64,000 nt of DNA from Chrysomallon squamiferum (GCA_012295275.1 CM022677.1:6262001-6326000), one strand, 5' to 3'. Shown: positions 15,404-31,689, numbered from the stretch's first letter. Notes: generated by a model not told the origin, from the sequence alone. Numbers and translations are program-made.

Positions 15404-15437
<34 letters not shown>

Positions 15438-17067
15438 TTTAAAGACACCAGAATTTCAGAAAAGGGAGAGCACTATCGTTAATTTGGATTTATTGAAAGA
15501 ATACAAAAACAACAACAAAAGAAATAGATACAGATATAATTTAGTATAATAGAACGCATCTCAGTGCTGCATGATGACGACACAGACTTACAACGTGAGT
15601 TGTGTTGAATATAATTATATTTTATATCGGTTACACTTACTGTCAGCGTCGTTTCAGATGCCAGGGGTGAGGACATATTTAGAAAATTACTTCTTGCTGT
15701 TAGATGAATGATATCGCCCTCACAGTAAGCTAAAAGAAAAACATTTACTATTTTATAATTATTATGATACCTTTATTTTTATTTTTTATTTTACTTAACC
15801 ATAACATTAATAGTTTATATATTTTAATTATATATATATATATATATATAATATAATCTTCTTCATGAGTTTATCACGTTATTAGAAAAAAGTTGTTTGC
15901 TAACAAAGAAAAGACCGATAACCAGGAATGTGTTCTTATCACCAAAGATGTCTTTTAACACTAAAATTCAGCACCGCTCAGAGCGATTATCAAAATAAAT
16001 AAATATTTCTAAATATCAACTAAAACACAAACTGGTAGATTTGAACGCGAGCCAGAAATCTTGAAATGACAGTGTTTGATTTATGGTTTGGTCTCGTCTG
16101 ATAAACATTGTGTTTTTACTTCCGGATATCACTGCTGGAGAATTGCACAGACCAAGTTCTGGAAACGTGGTGTTACTTCCTGTAAAGAAAATGTAAACTG
16201 TTCACAGGAAATTAGCAAAATGTTAATTAGTAAGTAGACGAATAAATGCCAAAATAATAGTTAATAGAAAAAATAATCCTAAATATTTAAATCAAATAAA
16301 AGCAAATAAACATGTTAGGAAAAGAAAAGAATCCCAGTTCTCTACTGCATCAACATCATCATCATCATCATCATCATTATTATCATTATTACTGTTGCTA
16401 AAAAACATCATCATCTTTATTAATATTATTGTTATCATAAATTATCATCACCTTGATAAACCTCATCATCATTATTATTATTGTTAAAAATCATAATAAT
16501 CATTACTAACATCATCATTATTATTGTTACAATGATCTTCATGAACATCACAATTATCATCATCATTATTATTATTATTTCAATTTTTATTATTACAATA
16601 CTTTAAAAGACAATACTTTTATTGACTTTACAATGAAATTTAAATCTTCATCTATGGTCCTCTCCTTCTGAAACATTGGTTGCTCCCCATTAAAAATAAT
16701 TCGAAACAATGAACTGAGCTTACAGCTCTTACTTCGTGGATATGGAAGAGACCGCGAAATGCGGGTCTGTCCAGGACTTCTATCTGTACACAGTTTTCAT
16801 TGTCTGTCTGCAGTAACTAGTGAACTTGGGTGAGTGAAGAACTGAGGAAGAAACATTGACAATATTAATTTAATGAGTAAATTATCAGTTTAAAGGGTTT
16901 ATGTGTCAGAATGCAAATCCACAATTCTGAAGAGATCTCCAAATTGCTATTATCATCATCGTCGACAACATCATTATCTTTAACATTCTGCACATTCTCT
17001 TCCTCTTCTTATTCATCCTCCTACTCCTTCTTTGAAATGTAGTTGTTATTATTTTTGATTATTATTA

Positions 17068-17107
<40 letters not shown>

Positions 17108-17634
17108 TACTACTACTGATAAAAGTAATAATAATATTTAAAAAGAAAAAGAAAGAAACAGTAGCTCGTACCCATGATTTTAGAATAGTAGCTGATGTTG
17201 AAGTGGACGCTGACGTTGTCTGACGGCGGAATAAAGTAAACACTAAGTCTACTGACTGAACTCCAAAACACACCACACAGACGTTCTTGTTTGTCAAAAG
17301 CTGAAATTAAAAATATCAGCTTAAAAACTAAAAACCCTGAAACCATTTTCAAATATCTTATTATTTTATTATGTTCATTATATAGAATTTCGTAATAAAA
17401 AAATAGAATTATTTACTCTTTAAATTTGTTATTTGAATGTTATTTACATCCACCACTAGATGCAGAGGTGCACGTCGTCACCTCGTACACGTCGTTCGTT
17501 TTGTTTTGACGTTGAGAACCAGTTATCTCACATGCTGTCTGCCAACACGTTGCCATCTCAAGTTGTTAAACTTTTTTCTAATGCTGACACTAGTACTAAG
17601 GCTGATCACAAAACTGTTTTGCGGATGATTCGTA

Positions 17635-18370
17635 TTTTCTGACCGTGCGCATCCATTATTAAAATATATTATTAATATTTCTATTAATGTCGCCGTCGCT
17701 ACCGTCGTAACGGCGTTGTTCTCACCGTTCTCGGTTTACTTCAACTTAGTCTTTTATTAACAATTCCAATTAGTGTCCACATCTATATTAAAATACATTA
17801 TTATTACCTTTATTAATGTCGCCGTCATTACCGTCGTATCGGCGTTTTTCACCTTATTCTTTAGCCTTTTATTAAATGTTGCAGTTAGTGTATGTTAAAA
17901 ATATAATTTATATTTGTATTAATGAGGCCGTCATTGCCGTCGTTACATCATTGTTCCTCACTGTTCTTAATGCGTGTTCCAAACTTTCCTGGAGTACTTC
18001 TCGGTATACTTGACATTTTTCTTATTAATTATTCCTCGTACGTTCTGAGCGGGCAAATCCCCTATTAAAATATATTATTGTAATTTCTTTAATGTCGCCG
18101 TCGTTGCCGTGGTACGGGCGTTCTTGACAGCGTTATTGGTTTACTCGTCATGTTTCCTTTTCGTTTTTTGTTCGTTTATTTTCTGACTGTGCCCGTCCAA
18201 TATTAAAATATACTTTTGTTATCTTTATTAATATCGCTGTCAATGCCATCGTAACGGCATTATAATCAACGTGATCGGTGTCCTTCACCTTATTATTTCG
18301 CCTTTTATTAACTATTGCAATTAGTGTGCACATCCTACGTTAAAAAATGTTACTATTTCTATTAATATCC
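17635..18370. repeat. Degenerate tandem repeat of about 110-170 bp, about 6 units
   Basis: Recurring attaaaata.att...ttaatgtcgccgtc.tt(a/g)ccgtcgta.cggcgtt near 17660, 17790, 17900, 18065 and 18200, with a partial unit at 18340. Confidence 0.75.
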
Positions 18371-20189
18371 CTTATTTATTTATATGTTTATTTATTTATT
18401 TTTGAGAAATACAGAGGAGGTTTTCAAATAAATGTTTTAAATACAGAAACCAATATTATACCGGTTAATCATTTAATTTCTTTGTACAATAATAATTAAT
18501 TTGGATGAGCGTAGTTTTCTGAAGATAATTTGAGACTGCTCGACAGAATTTACGTTTTCATTTATTACCAGCTGTGCAGCTTATACGACTAAACAGACTG
18601 AGCGGAAATTACGTTACATCTTAGTACAAAAAACACTGCTTACATCGATATTTTTTAAGTTTACCTCTGTTTTGCTTTAGAACAAATATTGGTAATATAT
18701 ATATATAATTGTCAGAATAATCTTGGATACAGCTAAAGGAATATTATAGGCTTTTACAGTAAATATATTCGTTGAATTTCAAAATACTATTTTCAAATTA
18801 CCTCTGAAAACAGCGCCCATAATAAATATAGCTTAACTTCATTTATTGTCAACGTACCAACAAAATGAATTGATTTTTGTAAAGTAAAATCTCAGTTTCC
18901 AGCACCATTCAGAGCTTTTTAGTGAAATCTGTTCTGTTGTTAATCAAATATCACTTTAATCTGGATGTGACCTTTTATTTTATAGTGCCATTCAGCAACC
19001 GACTTATAAATTCATAAATAAATAACTGTTAATACTGAACATGTGAGAAGTTACACTTTATTTGAGTCACGAAATTTGATTTTTGCCTAGCTAACGACAT
19101 TAAAAATAAAATTCACAGGGACAAGCGAATTTTTCTGTTTGAAAAATAGGCGACGTAATTCACGTTAATACATAAAACTAGCGACGTTTATATTATAAAT
19201 TGATATTGAGTGAAAATAACGTGATGTTTAATTATGATTTACCTTTATTTTGCATTATACAAAATACTGATAATTTCACTTACAGTTATATTTTATTCTA
19301 CTAGGAGAAATCTTATGTTAGTTAATGTTATACTTTGTAACTTATATCATAACAAACATGCCTGTCCTCCTCAACTAATGTTTTATGAGATATGAGGCTA
19401 TGAACAATTACCTAGACGAAATATGTCATTTATGTTTTTACTGTCAAGTAAATATTAATGTTTCTTTTCCATTTGTCAAAAAAATCTCACCTGAAGCCTT
19501 TAAAATATCGGTTTAAACTGGCGCCTATTCATCTACAAATATAATGATACCCATCATCCATTCTTTAAATGTTGCCGTATTAAAAATAAATTAATTTATT
19601 TATTTATTTATTTATTTAATAAAAATAATCAGTGTAAATAGCGGTATTCTTTTTACCATATCATGGCATTTTTGGTTAAATCTCAGCTCCTACTAATTCA
19701 TAAAACGTAAATTCCTTTAAAAAATCTCTCTAGAAAACTACACCCGAAGTTTCGTATTTCACTAAATACTCAAATATGATTGTTATCATGACTCGACACT
19801 GATTTTTGGAAGAACAAAACTGGACAGCAGAATTTTTGATGAAACACGTGTTATCCAGACAGGCAGCTACACGTCTGCGCAGCCCGACTTGTCAACTCTT
19901 CAACTCTTCAGCTACTGCTGATAAAAAGGGTACATAACTCTGTATTTCCCTGCAGAATTTTATGTTATTTTTTAATTCACATTTTTAAATGTAATAATGT
20001 GTCGTTTTATTGTTCTTGTGTAATCTCTAATATAGTCTGATTATTATTATTATTATTACTCAAATAATTGTCTCGCTCATTCTCACCTTTTTATTTTCTA
20101 TAAACAAAAATATAAAAAAATACTACATTATCTTGTTGCTCAGTAAAGTGGATTCACATCGGATATCTCCAGTGTACTTGTCTGTGTGA

Positions 20190-20624
20190 ATGGATAGCGT
20201 GTTTTTTTTTTGGTTTGTTTTTTTTTATAAAAAAATAAACCCTGTAGAATTACATATGAAATCCAAATTATCGAGAACACTTCCATACTAATATGACATG
20301 TTATTGTTTCACTGGAAAGCTAAGTAGGAGTAATTTTAGACGGCGTTATGAAAATAAGACGCAACTTCAGTACCGCCATCACTTTTTATGTTACATGTTT
20401 TATGTTGTAAACAGAGGCGCAGCGATAATATTATGTATTGAAAACACAGTTCATTGAAAAATACAAGTGTTCTTTTTTAATTAACAATACTAGATAATTT
20501 TATTTTGCATAATAAATAAATAAATAATAAGCTTAATTTTTCATTAACTGGTATAACGTACCTAACAAGCTGAATAATGAATCAACTTTTAGAGATGCCT
20601 ATGAAAAAAATTGGATGTCTTCCA

Positions 20625-20688
<64 letters not shown>

Positions 20689-20861
20689 TGTTAAGATAGT
20701 GGGGTTGCAATTTAGAGGTGAGATACTATATTAAAATGAACTAACTTCACCATATTATTGACATTTACAAGTGTATCTTTCATAAATACTTGAAACTTTA
20801 ATACAGATTCTTATTATTAAAAATAAAGTAAAACACAAATTAATTAACTTACTTAAGAAAA

Positions 20862-20904
<43 letters not shown>

Positions 20905-22852
20905 AGATGCTTCAGTATTTTCAGAATACACAGAATCTCTCCCAGTGAGATAAAATATCATCGCTGCTTTATTATCAATGTTTTCTGCAGTGTTTATAAC
21001 AAATTTACTGAAGTTATAATTACAGCTACACCTGCACTTATCTCTACAGTCTGAGAGGTAGATAGGTAGGTGGATAGACAGAGAGATTAAAATGAAAGAA
21101 AAGATGTTAAAAGCGAGGTTAATATGATATTATATTATAACGCATATACAAACATTTTCTTACAAGTTCATATGCCTATAAAATGTAAAATGTCTATCTC
21201 TCTCTCTATCCATCCCTAGCTATCTTCAGTATATCTATATATCTATTATTCAACTACATACTTATCAACTTATATAATATTCATCTAAGGCAAACACGTG
21301 TAACCAGATTCTTTCTTTTCTATGTGTGTGTGTCTGTATATCTATCCATCTATTGATAACTGTTTCTTTTGTTGTCAGTAATAATATCTGAAATAACGAA
21401 ATTAACGATACAAATAACAACAATAACAATAACTACAATAATACTAATTAAAATGATAAATAAAAGAATAATTAAGAAAGAATACTGAAACAAGAGAAAA
21501 AGAAAAGAGTAAGAACGAAAATAAAATTATTTCAGGCATATATTTATTATAAAGAAACAGATATATTAAATAGAAATAAAAAATAATATATAGGTTTAAA
21601 TAAAATCATTTTAGTGAATTCAGTAAAATGAGTGAATGATCTATATTCAGCAGACTTATGATGTCACTAATAATCTTTCGTCGCTTCATTTATTGAAAAT
21701 AAATATATATTTCTATGTGATTTATTTTTGTTATTTTGTTCTTTTTTTAATATTTTACTTCATACTCAGTCTTTTTTGTACATTTTGCAACGTGTTAAAT
21801 AGAGTTATTTCCCGTAGACCACAAACTTCTGAAATAGATTACTCCGCATATGCGATGCGACGGTAAATTAAATTTAAAAGAACTAACTGTGTATAATGTT
21901 TTGTAACAGACAGCACCAGCTTAATAACATTTCTTGCGTTTTCTTTGTCTTCTAAATAACCTGTTTCCTTTTGTTTTGGTTTATTTAACTGTTATTATTA
22001 TTTATTGAATTATTGTAAAATGCTAACTTTATTTAATGTTTTTATTCAAGTTAATTTATTTCTCATTAAAAACAATGAATTTATTTACAAATTATTTGTA
22101 TATGAAATTTTTGGTATATTTGCGCATATACAATACACCATATTTAGGGCAATATTTGAAGGCTATTTAATAATAAAACTTAAAAAATAATAAAAGCAAA
22201 GTCAGACCGGCAAAATACTTCCAGAAATTCACCGATTTATTGGTACAAAATAAACCTGAATCTTCGTTTGTGTTGGGGAACATTGCCAACTGGAAAAGTT
22301 AATACAGTAATCTTATAACAAATTATAATTTCAGTTTATTATGTACGCATTTGCATAAAAATAATCCAGTTTGAAACGTTTGATTAAAATGAAAAAGTAC
22401 TTAGGAAAGGCGCAAGAGATCATGGTTTGGTTACCTTTATCAGTGCAAATCTAATTTACAAATCATAAAAAGTTAAGAAAATGGACGGAAAATAGTTGAA
22501 ATTTGAAGTTCAAAAACCCGATCAGACAATTTCCGAGCGCTCACGGAAACTTCCGAGCGAAATCCATGATGGCAGCGTCGAACGCCGATCAGTGTTTACA
22601 AACTTTTAAACATCCAGTCAAGTCTGTATGGATTATTAAAAGTAATTTGGGGAAATACATCATATAACTTATACCGTTTATACATAGATGTCTTCTATTG
22701 AGTAGTAATTGCTTCTTTGTAACTTTGACGTCATACTATCTCGTACCCATTTCGTACTAGATTTATTTTTCCAGATATTATTTCGATGTCGCCAGCCAGA
22801 AAAAAAAAAAAAAAAAAAAAAAAAAAATAAATAATTTTCACTGACGCTGGTG
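20190..22852. repeat. Segmental duplication block, copy B
   Basis: Direct paralogue of 13-3032 (see copy A). Confidence 0.9.
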
Positions 22853-23026
22853 GATGAATATTCTCATTAGACACATAATGTGAACACTTACTCTGCTAAA
22901 ACTCCACAGCGGACAGTGCTGAGCACCATACTCTCCAGTTCAGTATTCAAGTTTATACAAGATTATATTTGGCGGCGTAAACTGTATTACTTTACACAGT
23001 CCATGTACAAACCAGTTGTTGTGTCT

Positions 23027-23155
23027 TATTAATATATTATTACAGATTGTGACAGTTATTTTATCAAATTAATATATTGTTACAGATTGTGACAGTCATT
23101 TTATAAAATTAATATAAAATTATTACAGATTGTGACTGTCATTTTATAAAACTAA
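23027..23155. repeat. Short tandem repeat of about 40 bp, 3 copies
   Basis: attaatata..tt.ttacagattgtgac.gt.attttat.aa x3. Confidence 0.85.
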
Positions 23156-23708
23156 TTTGTTATGTATTCCAAATTAAAAAGTTAACGCCTTTGTTACAGA
23201 GAAAAACTGCAATTCAAAAGAGAAAAAGAAAAAGAGAAGAGTGAGATACATAACAACGTGTTAAGTTAAAATTCTTAGAGCACAATTATGTATGTTTTTC
23301 AAGTTATTAATGCTACTGACATAGTATTTAATCTTTTCTTCTCAAAACGTGGTAGACAAACATATTAGAAAGTAGCTGTATTTCTAACTTGGTATGTAAT
23401 AATTAAGTGTTAGACTGGGAATTAAAGTAATCTGTCGACTGAGAATAATAACATTTACTGAATTAGATTAGTAACGCATTTTCAGTTTATGTTGTATTAT
23501 TTCTATTTCCAGTTTGTGTTCTGAAGACATGTGTTTTCAAATCAGGATATTACAGATCATGTTTCGTATTTTCTTTTCTGTGCACAATAATCACAAAGGA
23601 GGGTACTGAGACTTCAGTGCTTTTAGGGTGAAGAAGAAAAAATATATATTCTTGTGCCATCTTGTCTTATTTTTGTTTGTGTATTTGTTTCTTTGTTTCT
23701 TTCTTGTT

Positions 23709-23739
<31 letters not shown>

Positions 23740-24709
23740 TATTATATTATATGCTCGATTTGATTTAAGTTTTCTAACGCTTCGTAACTTATAAGCAGAT
23801 ACACATGTTGTTTGTATTGTTGCAAAAATTAAATATTGTGACGTCATCTTTGTAAAATAGTATACAATGCAAATCACTTTCACACACACACACTTGAGTT
23901 TTAACGCAATAAGAACATTAACAGTAACTTTGATAATATAGATAGATAGATAGATAGATAGATAGATGGATAGATTCTGTCTCATTGATACGAGCAAAGA
24001 ACAGAAATCTTACACATCACTACACAAATAAAGCATGTAGTTATTGGTTTGATGTAGTTAATAAGCAAATGAAAACATAGAAATAAATAAATAAATACAT
24101 TCAAAAGTAAATAAATATATAAATAAAATAAAAATCTTTCAGTTTAACCTTTAATAAGTATCGTAACAAATGTGTCAAGAAACATTTTATAACATGAAAG
24201 CGATTCATGTCGAACATTAAACTTTATTACATACAGTGTCGCTAGAGAGTGACATTTCATTTTATATCAAAAACAGAGTACAATGATCACTATCTTCACG
24301 TGTGTGAAAGTGACTGAAGGAAATGCAGTCTTATTTAAAGAAATGATTCATGTTCAGAATAGAATCTGTCGCTTCAATTCAGAGAGAGATAAAACCTGTG
24401 TTTACACTGCTATGTTTTTTAGTTTTCTCTGACTGAATTACATAAGTCTAAAAATATCGTGTTTCTAACACTCGTAGCGATTATACAAGAACAGCTGTGT
24501 TTAACAGAGACGAGTATTTCAATGTGTCTGTCCGACTGCGTGTATAAAATAATACAAGACAATTAAAAAAGTAATAATAATAAAATAGTAATAATAATAA
24601 TGATAATAATAATGATAATAAAAAGAATAACAGCAAGAACACAAAGGACAACAAGAACAACAATAATAATAATAATAACAACAGCAACAAAAACAACAAC
24701 AACAACATC

Positions 24710-24754
<45 letters not shown>

Positions 24755-24756
24755 TA

Positions 24757-24788
<32 letters not shown>

Positions 24789-25432
24789 CATCTTCATCAT
24801 CATGATAAAGATGTTTCAGAGTTGTAAAATTAATATGAACGTCTTAGAACGCTTCTCTAAATCGACATTATTAAGAAAGTAATAAATTAGCACATTAACA
24901 TAAATCTAACTCAAATAGGTCACCGCTAGGTGTCATGGGAAGAAGTTAAAGTGATCTGATCTCGATTCTATAGCACTTCTTCTTTTAGAAAATAAAGGTA
25001 ATAAATGATAATTTCACACGTCATAAAACATGGTATAGTAAAAGTTCTGTTCACATTTAAGCTGATCTTAGAATATTACTAATTATTTTCATTACCAGAT
25101 ATCGTTATCATTATTACTGCTGGTAGAACTTCTACTGCTACGACTACGATCATTACCATCAACATTTCTACTTATTCTATTAGTGCTCCTATTACTACTA
25201 CACCACTATAACTTATATAATTACTACAACTACTACTACACGTTGCTGTAATGATAAAGCTATTTCTAAAGTTGCTAATTTCGCTAAGATGACCAACAAG
25301 TTATTAATATAAAATGTTATCTTTACCTGATTTATTTTTATTTAAAGGCACAAACACGTGTTTCGTATCTCCAGCATCTGTATACCCTTCTAGATATGTG
25401 TGCATGTCCGTCTGTTCTTTTGTTTCTGGTTC

Positions 25433-25562
<130 letters not shown>

Positions 25563-25815
25563 CGATACTGGTAAATATGAGTAAGAACATCTTACTGGTT
25601 TGTAAAGTTGAATAATCAGCGAGATCAATGTCATCCACATTGTTATCTGTAATATTACAACAACCACAACTAAAACAACAACAACAGTAATACTAATGAT
25701 GAAAATAATTATGATGTGGATAATAATAAAAATAATGATTACACCAATAGGATGAAGAATGTGACAATCAAAATAATGATGGAAAATAGGATTAGTATAA
25801 GAAGTTAGAAACAAA

Positions 25816-25929
<114 letters not shown>

Positions 25930-26150
25930 GAAATATTTGACCTGTGTTTAGTTCTTCGTGGACTGGTCTGTGTTGTGTCTCGCTGTCTAACTGTCCTGTA
26001 TCACAAAAACAAACGTTATTGAAAAATTGAAGACAAAATAGAAGATAAGAAAGAACTGCAAAAATAATAAAAATAATTATTAAATAGAATTATAAAATAA
26101 GTAAATATTGCTAATTATTTTCATTACCAGATATCGTCATTGTTTCTTAC

Positions 26151-26282
26151 TTTCGTTATCCTCTGATTTCCTCCTCTTTCTCATTACACAGACTACAACG
26201 ACGATGATCAGGATGATGACACCCAATACTGCAATAACAATGTAGACAGACATCTTGTCAAATTTAGACTCGGTATGTTCTT
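26151..26282 (-). pseudogene. Ig receptor transmembrane exon
   Basis: 132 nt, phase 1-1; EHTESKFDKMSVYIVIAVLGVIILIIVVVVCVMRKRRKSEDNE (hydrophobic helix followed by a basic stop-transfer run). Confidence 0.85.
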
Positions 26283-27056
26283 CTAGAAACATAAATATGC
26301 ATTAATTTAAATACGTAAACTGAATATACAAAGAAACATGCGTATATACATGCATGCATATATACGTACATACATACATACAGACACACATATACACACG
26401 TACATATATCCATACATAGATACAAAAAGAATACGAACATAAATAAATAAATAAATTAATTAATTGATACAATTAATTGCGAAGTGAAAATAATGTTTTT
26501 ATCGATGTAGACTGGGATATCTTAAACAGTCTTTCATGTATTTCAGTATAAAGGTCATTCTTTGGGTAATACGAAAGTGATGTAACAGAAAATTTAGGTT
26601 GCAATTCTCTTTAAATAAAGTGATGTGATTACTGATGACGGCGGTACTGAAATTAAACAAAGAAATTAAACATTGCTAACATTCTGCTCAGCAAACTTTT
26701 GAATTCAACCAGGACACTCGGTGTAAGGCTCCGGTAGTTTAAAGTAAGAAATACTAATAAAGAAGCACCCACCCCACCAAAAAGTACACCAATCATACAA
26801 ACAAAACCAACTAACTTTCTATAATGTACTATACTTGCTGCACTGTAACTGTTAGTTCATCACCATTCCCACACGCATGTAAACAAACAAACTTACCACG
26901 CTCACAAACACAAAACTCAAGTATATTTCCATGAACTGAAATCAGTTGTGTGGTTAAAACATCACAATCATTTCATAAATAATATAATTACATAGGACTT
27001 ACAATAAACTACATAATAAATAAATAATAATGTATCAAAAAGAACACGAGACTTAC

Positions 27057-27353
27057 CTTCACTAATAACAGCCAGTTTTCCAAGCTGCTCAGTGATTCTG
27101 TTCAAACCAATGACATTGTTAGTCACAGCGCACACGTACGTTCCAGAATCTCTGTAACTGTACTGATGGATGGACAGGACATATCTGTTTGGTGACACAA
27201 ACTGTCCATCAAGTTCTCTGATTTTCTCACCTCTCCAGATGTGAGTGAATTTCGAGAAGTGGTAATCTGCAGGGCGACCTTCTGCTTCACATCATATTTG
27301 TAGAGTTTTGTTCTTTGTGTAGAAGTGTGCGGACATTCTTACTGTTGGTGCGT
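27057..27353 (-). pseudogene. Ig domain exon
   Basis: 297 nt, phase 1-1; YAPTV...LQI*CEAEGRP...LSIHQYSYRDSGTYVCAVTN; in-frame TGA at 27292-27294. Confidence 0.9.
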
Positions 27354-27499
27354 CTACGTAAAGTAAGAATTAATAGAATATTGACTGCAAGTGTATAACT
27401 CTTGACACGACCTTTTTAAAACGTCTCCTCGAATTGGGACGCCCGAGTCGTAACCTTTTATTACTGGTTTTTCTTGAGGTACATCTTATATTAATAATA

Positions 27500-27586
<87 letters not shown>

Positions 27587-27821
27587 CAGAAGAAGAAGAA
27601 AAAGAACAACAACAACAACAAAAAGAAAGAAGAAAAAGACAGGATCGACAAAATCTTCTACTTTCTTTTCTTTTTCATGTAAATCAAGGCGCATAATATA
27701 TTTAATTAATGCTAAATATTTCTTTGTCAGTACAGACCATAACTTTTGTTTAGAACAAGTGTTTTTATGATGAATTTAAACTCCAGTTAAGACAGAGAGA
27801 GAGCGAGAGAGAGAGGTAGAT

Positions 27822-27909
<88 letters not shown>

Positions 27910-28584
27910 ATGGATAATGAAGAAAGTCAATCTGATCATACAAAAAGAAGTATATCTGAATAAATTCGTTGCATTAAGAAAATAAATAAATAATTACACA
28001 CACACGCACACACACACAGACACATAATTATAAGTATTGTGAAAATTCGAAAAGTAGAGATATTCTGTGATATCAATCATAGACGTCAAATAAACTGTGA
28101 ACTGCATGCATTATTCTGCTAAATGAAATGTAATTTATTAAGATATATTTTAAAACATGTCCTTTCGCTCCAAATCACACTTGAAATATTTTCTTCTTAA
28201 AGTGTATAGATAAATTGCAGTTTATGTAAGAATGTCATTGAACGAAAAATAACTGTAAATTATGAAAGTTTTGATAACAAGTACTTCATTGTGAGTTAAG
28301 AAAAAGGTATGAGATAAAAAAAAAAAATTCTCATTATCCTCGTTTTCCTGGTTTAAAAAAAAAAAAAGTGTTCACATATATCGTATAATTATCACGTGCC
28401 AGTATATTCAGAAATTACATCAGCTTCGTGTAGTATCATTCAGCTCTGTCTTGTCTGGCCACGTGAATATTTTTGACGATTTTCTCGAATATCATGATAG
28501 CATTTTTTCAGACTTTCTTTACTAAATCATACAATACTGACAGCAACACATACATACCCGCAATTCAAAACAAATCATACTCAC

Positions 28585-28908
28585 ACAGTAAGTTAAGTTC
28601 AATACTTGACGTCACTGGATGAAATCCCGAGAATGTTTTGTTTTTTACTTGACATGTAATAACGTCACCATCTTGATACCACACAGGTTTAATAATGAGA
28701 TATTGACTGTAAACATGACCTCCATTCTCTTGTGTAGAAATTGTATTTCCAACGTCGTCAGTTATTTCAGTTTTACTTGTTTCGTTCATCCATTTGAAAG
28801 TCACATTAACTTTAGAAACAGTAGTTTTACAAATCAGTTTCAAAGTTTAGTTTCCATCAGCAGGGAAGTGAAGTTGATTTCCACTAACAGAAACACTCGC
28901 TGGCCCAA
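28585..28908 (-). pseudogene. Ig (C2-like) domain exon
   Basis: 324 nt, phase 1-1; GPASVSVSG..FPADGN*TLKLICKTT..VTFKW...QDGDVITCQVKN; TAA at 28847-28849. Confidence 0.9.
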
Positions 28909-28962
28909 CTGAAAACAAACACAATATTTAAACCATACAATTCAGAATAAGTATTAAAATCA

Positions 28963-29267
<305 letters not shown>

Positions 29268-29308
29268 CTGTTCATCTGTCTATATCTATGTTTCTCACTA
29301 ATACTTAC

Positions 29309-29696
29309 ATATTAAATCCAGTTTGATGCTGCTGGTTATTGCTACGGAATCAGACACATTGATGTTTTGGCAAGACATCTCACTGTGTTGCCATCTTGAA
29401 AGCACATGGTTGTGGTCGTCATCGCCTGACTGTAGGTGTAGCCGTTGTCGTTCAGTTTAGTGATGACGTTCTCAGGCTGAGTTAAAGCCTGCACTTTTCC
29501 TGTTCTGTTTATCTCAACCCACGTGAAGACAACCACACAGTTTGTGACGTTTGCCTGACAAACGAGTCTCAGTGTGTTCTTTCCGTCAGCTGCAAACTGA
29601 GGATAATTTCCAATCAAAAGACACAAAACACAAATAATCAGAGCCACAGAAACCAGACAACACAGGAACGTTGAAACAGCGAGGAACAATGGCTGC
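29309..29696 (-). pseudogene. Ig (C2-like) domain exon
   Basis: FAADGKNTLRLVCQAN...FTW...QDGNTVRCLAK/frameshift/NINVSDSVAITSSIKLDLI; paralogous to the 28585-28908 exon. The 5' boundary is uncertain. Confidence 0.8.
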
Positions 29697-30128
29697 CTAG
29701 ACAGAAATATTTCTCTCTTGTCTCTTGGAAAATAAATGAACAAATAAGTAACTATGCACTCGTTGCTGTGTCTTTGACCGGTTTACTTATTTATTTATTT
29801 AATTTAATTTAATTTAATTTAATTTAATTTTTTTTCTTGCTTTATTAGTTTTATTTTACCTGCACAGAAACAAAGAGGCAAATCTAATTCGTTTCTCGCT
29901 GATACTTCATCATCTACATGAACATCGTTATCGTCATCGTTATTATTATTAAATTTTCAGCTTACCTTCAGTATTTACTGAACTCTTTTCACATATGTCT
30001 TTTTCAAAATAATCACTCTACAAATCTTTCCTTCCACAATACCAGTAACCTTCGTCCTCATATATAATTCTGTTTATTGTCATTAATTCTTCAAGAAACA
30101 TTCATTTTGGTTTCTTTGAGAAACACAA

Positions 30129-30256
<128 letters not shown>

Positions 30257-30360
30257 ACTGAGCCACAGAAAGGCACTTGACTGTTAAGTGCTTTATTTTA
30301 TTGTTTTCCATGTTTATGACAGGTCAGACAGGCATTTCTCATTAGTGAACAGTGAGAGAG

Positions 30361-30467
<107 letters not shown>

Positions 30468-30747
30468 TTGTGTATGAGACATAATATATTTAGTTTATTT
30501 ATTAAAAAATTACTTAAATATGTATTAATTTCTTCATATTCATTTTGGCTATTCTTTATTAACACATTCATTTATTAATTATTCATATGATTATTATTTC
30601 ATCTAAATGCACATTATTAATGAAAACCCTCTAGGTGTCTCTTTTTGACTTCGTTTATAAAATAGCGTAAAATGAAAACACTATGATTTATTTTTTTATT
30701 CTTTAATTTCGTGTTTGACTTTCTCTGTTATTAGTTCATCTTCCTTC

Positions 30748-30781
<34 letters not shown>

Positions 30782-31689
30782 ATAATAATAACATTCAGTC
30801 AGTTTGATTACACAAATAATATCTCTCTAGATAAATAAAATGTTCTTTTTGTGTACGAGTACGAAGAGAGATAACTCTGTTCGCTTAGTTTATTATGAAG
30901 CACACACGAGTAGTTACACTGACACTTGAGTTCATTCTAATAACCAGCGAGTAATACAGCTACACAGAAATGAATAAACATAGGTCATCTTGACTTTGTT
31001 TGCATTACCTTAGAATAAATTAATACTTAACTTTGATTAAAAAACTAAAGCAAAATAAACGAAATAGCTTAGCTTTGTTAATATTATTATATAAGTATTT
31101 TACTATTAACCCACGGCAAAGTGTAAGTCGCCTTCTTTACTTATTTATTTATTTATTTATTCATTTATTTACTTACTTACTTGTTAGTTGAAATATATCA
31201 CTTGGAAGTTGAACGTATCGTTACTTTGTGGCTCCATTTTGTCAAATGATCTCATGAAAATAATTCTACGGTCAGTCAGCGGACTGCCGTTATTTGAGTC
31301 AAATTCTTTGTTTTACTGTTGAGATTAGAGTTGACAATAAACACAGTTCTTCTAAACTTGTATACAAATTAAAGTAATTGAGATTTTCATCAGAAGTGAC
31401 ATAATTACATGAGCACAGTCTCTATTCAGTATTTTGTTAATAACCCTGTTACATTAGAAAGAGAACAACGAATTATAGGAGTAGATGTTTAATGTGATGT
31501 CTGTGACAGTAGCTTAACTTTAGAAAGTTTGATACGTTGCCAATTTCTTTTAGGCTGCTCTGCCATTACGATGAATTCAATAAAAGAAAACAAAATGTGC
31601 AACCCACGTATTTAAGCAGAATTCTGAATGAGTTAATTCACTTAGATACTAATACATTGATAACAATCTTGTGCATAGTGATTACAAGA

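Noticed and set aside
17447-17556. MATCWQTACEITG... as the first exon of the CUB gene
   Set aside because: The phase is compatible, but there is no signal peptide or CUB motif and the donor is weak; left unassigned.
26700-26830. Hydrophobic minus-strand stretch (LVGFVCMIGVLFGGVGASF) as a second TM exon
   Set aside because: No convincing phase-compatible splice sites; it ends in a stop; the GT-rich composition explains the hydrophobicity.
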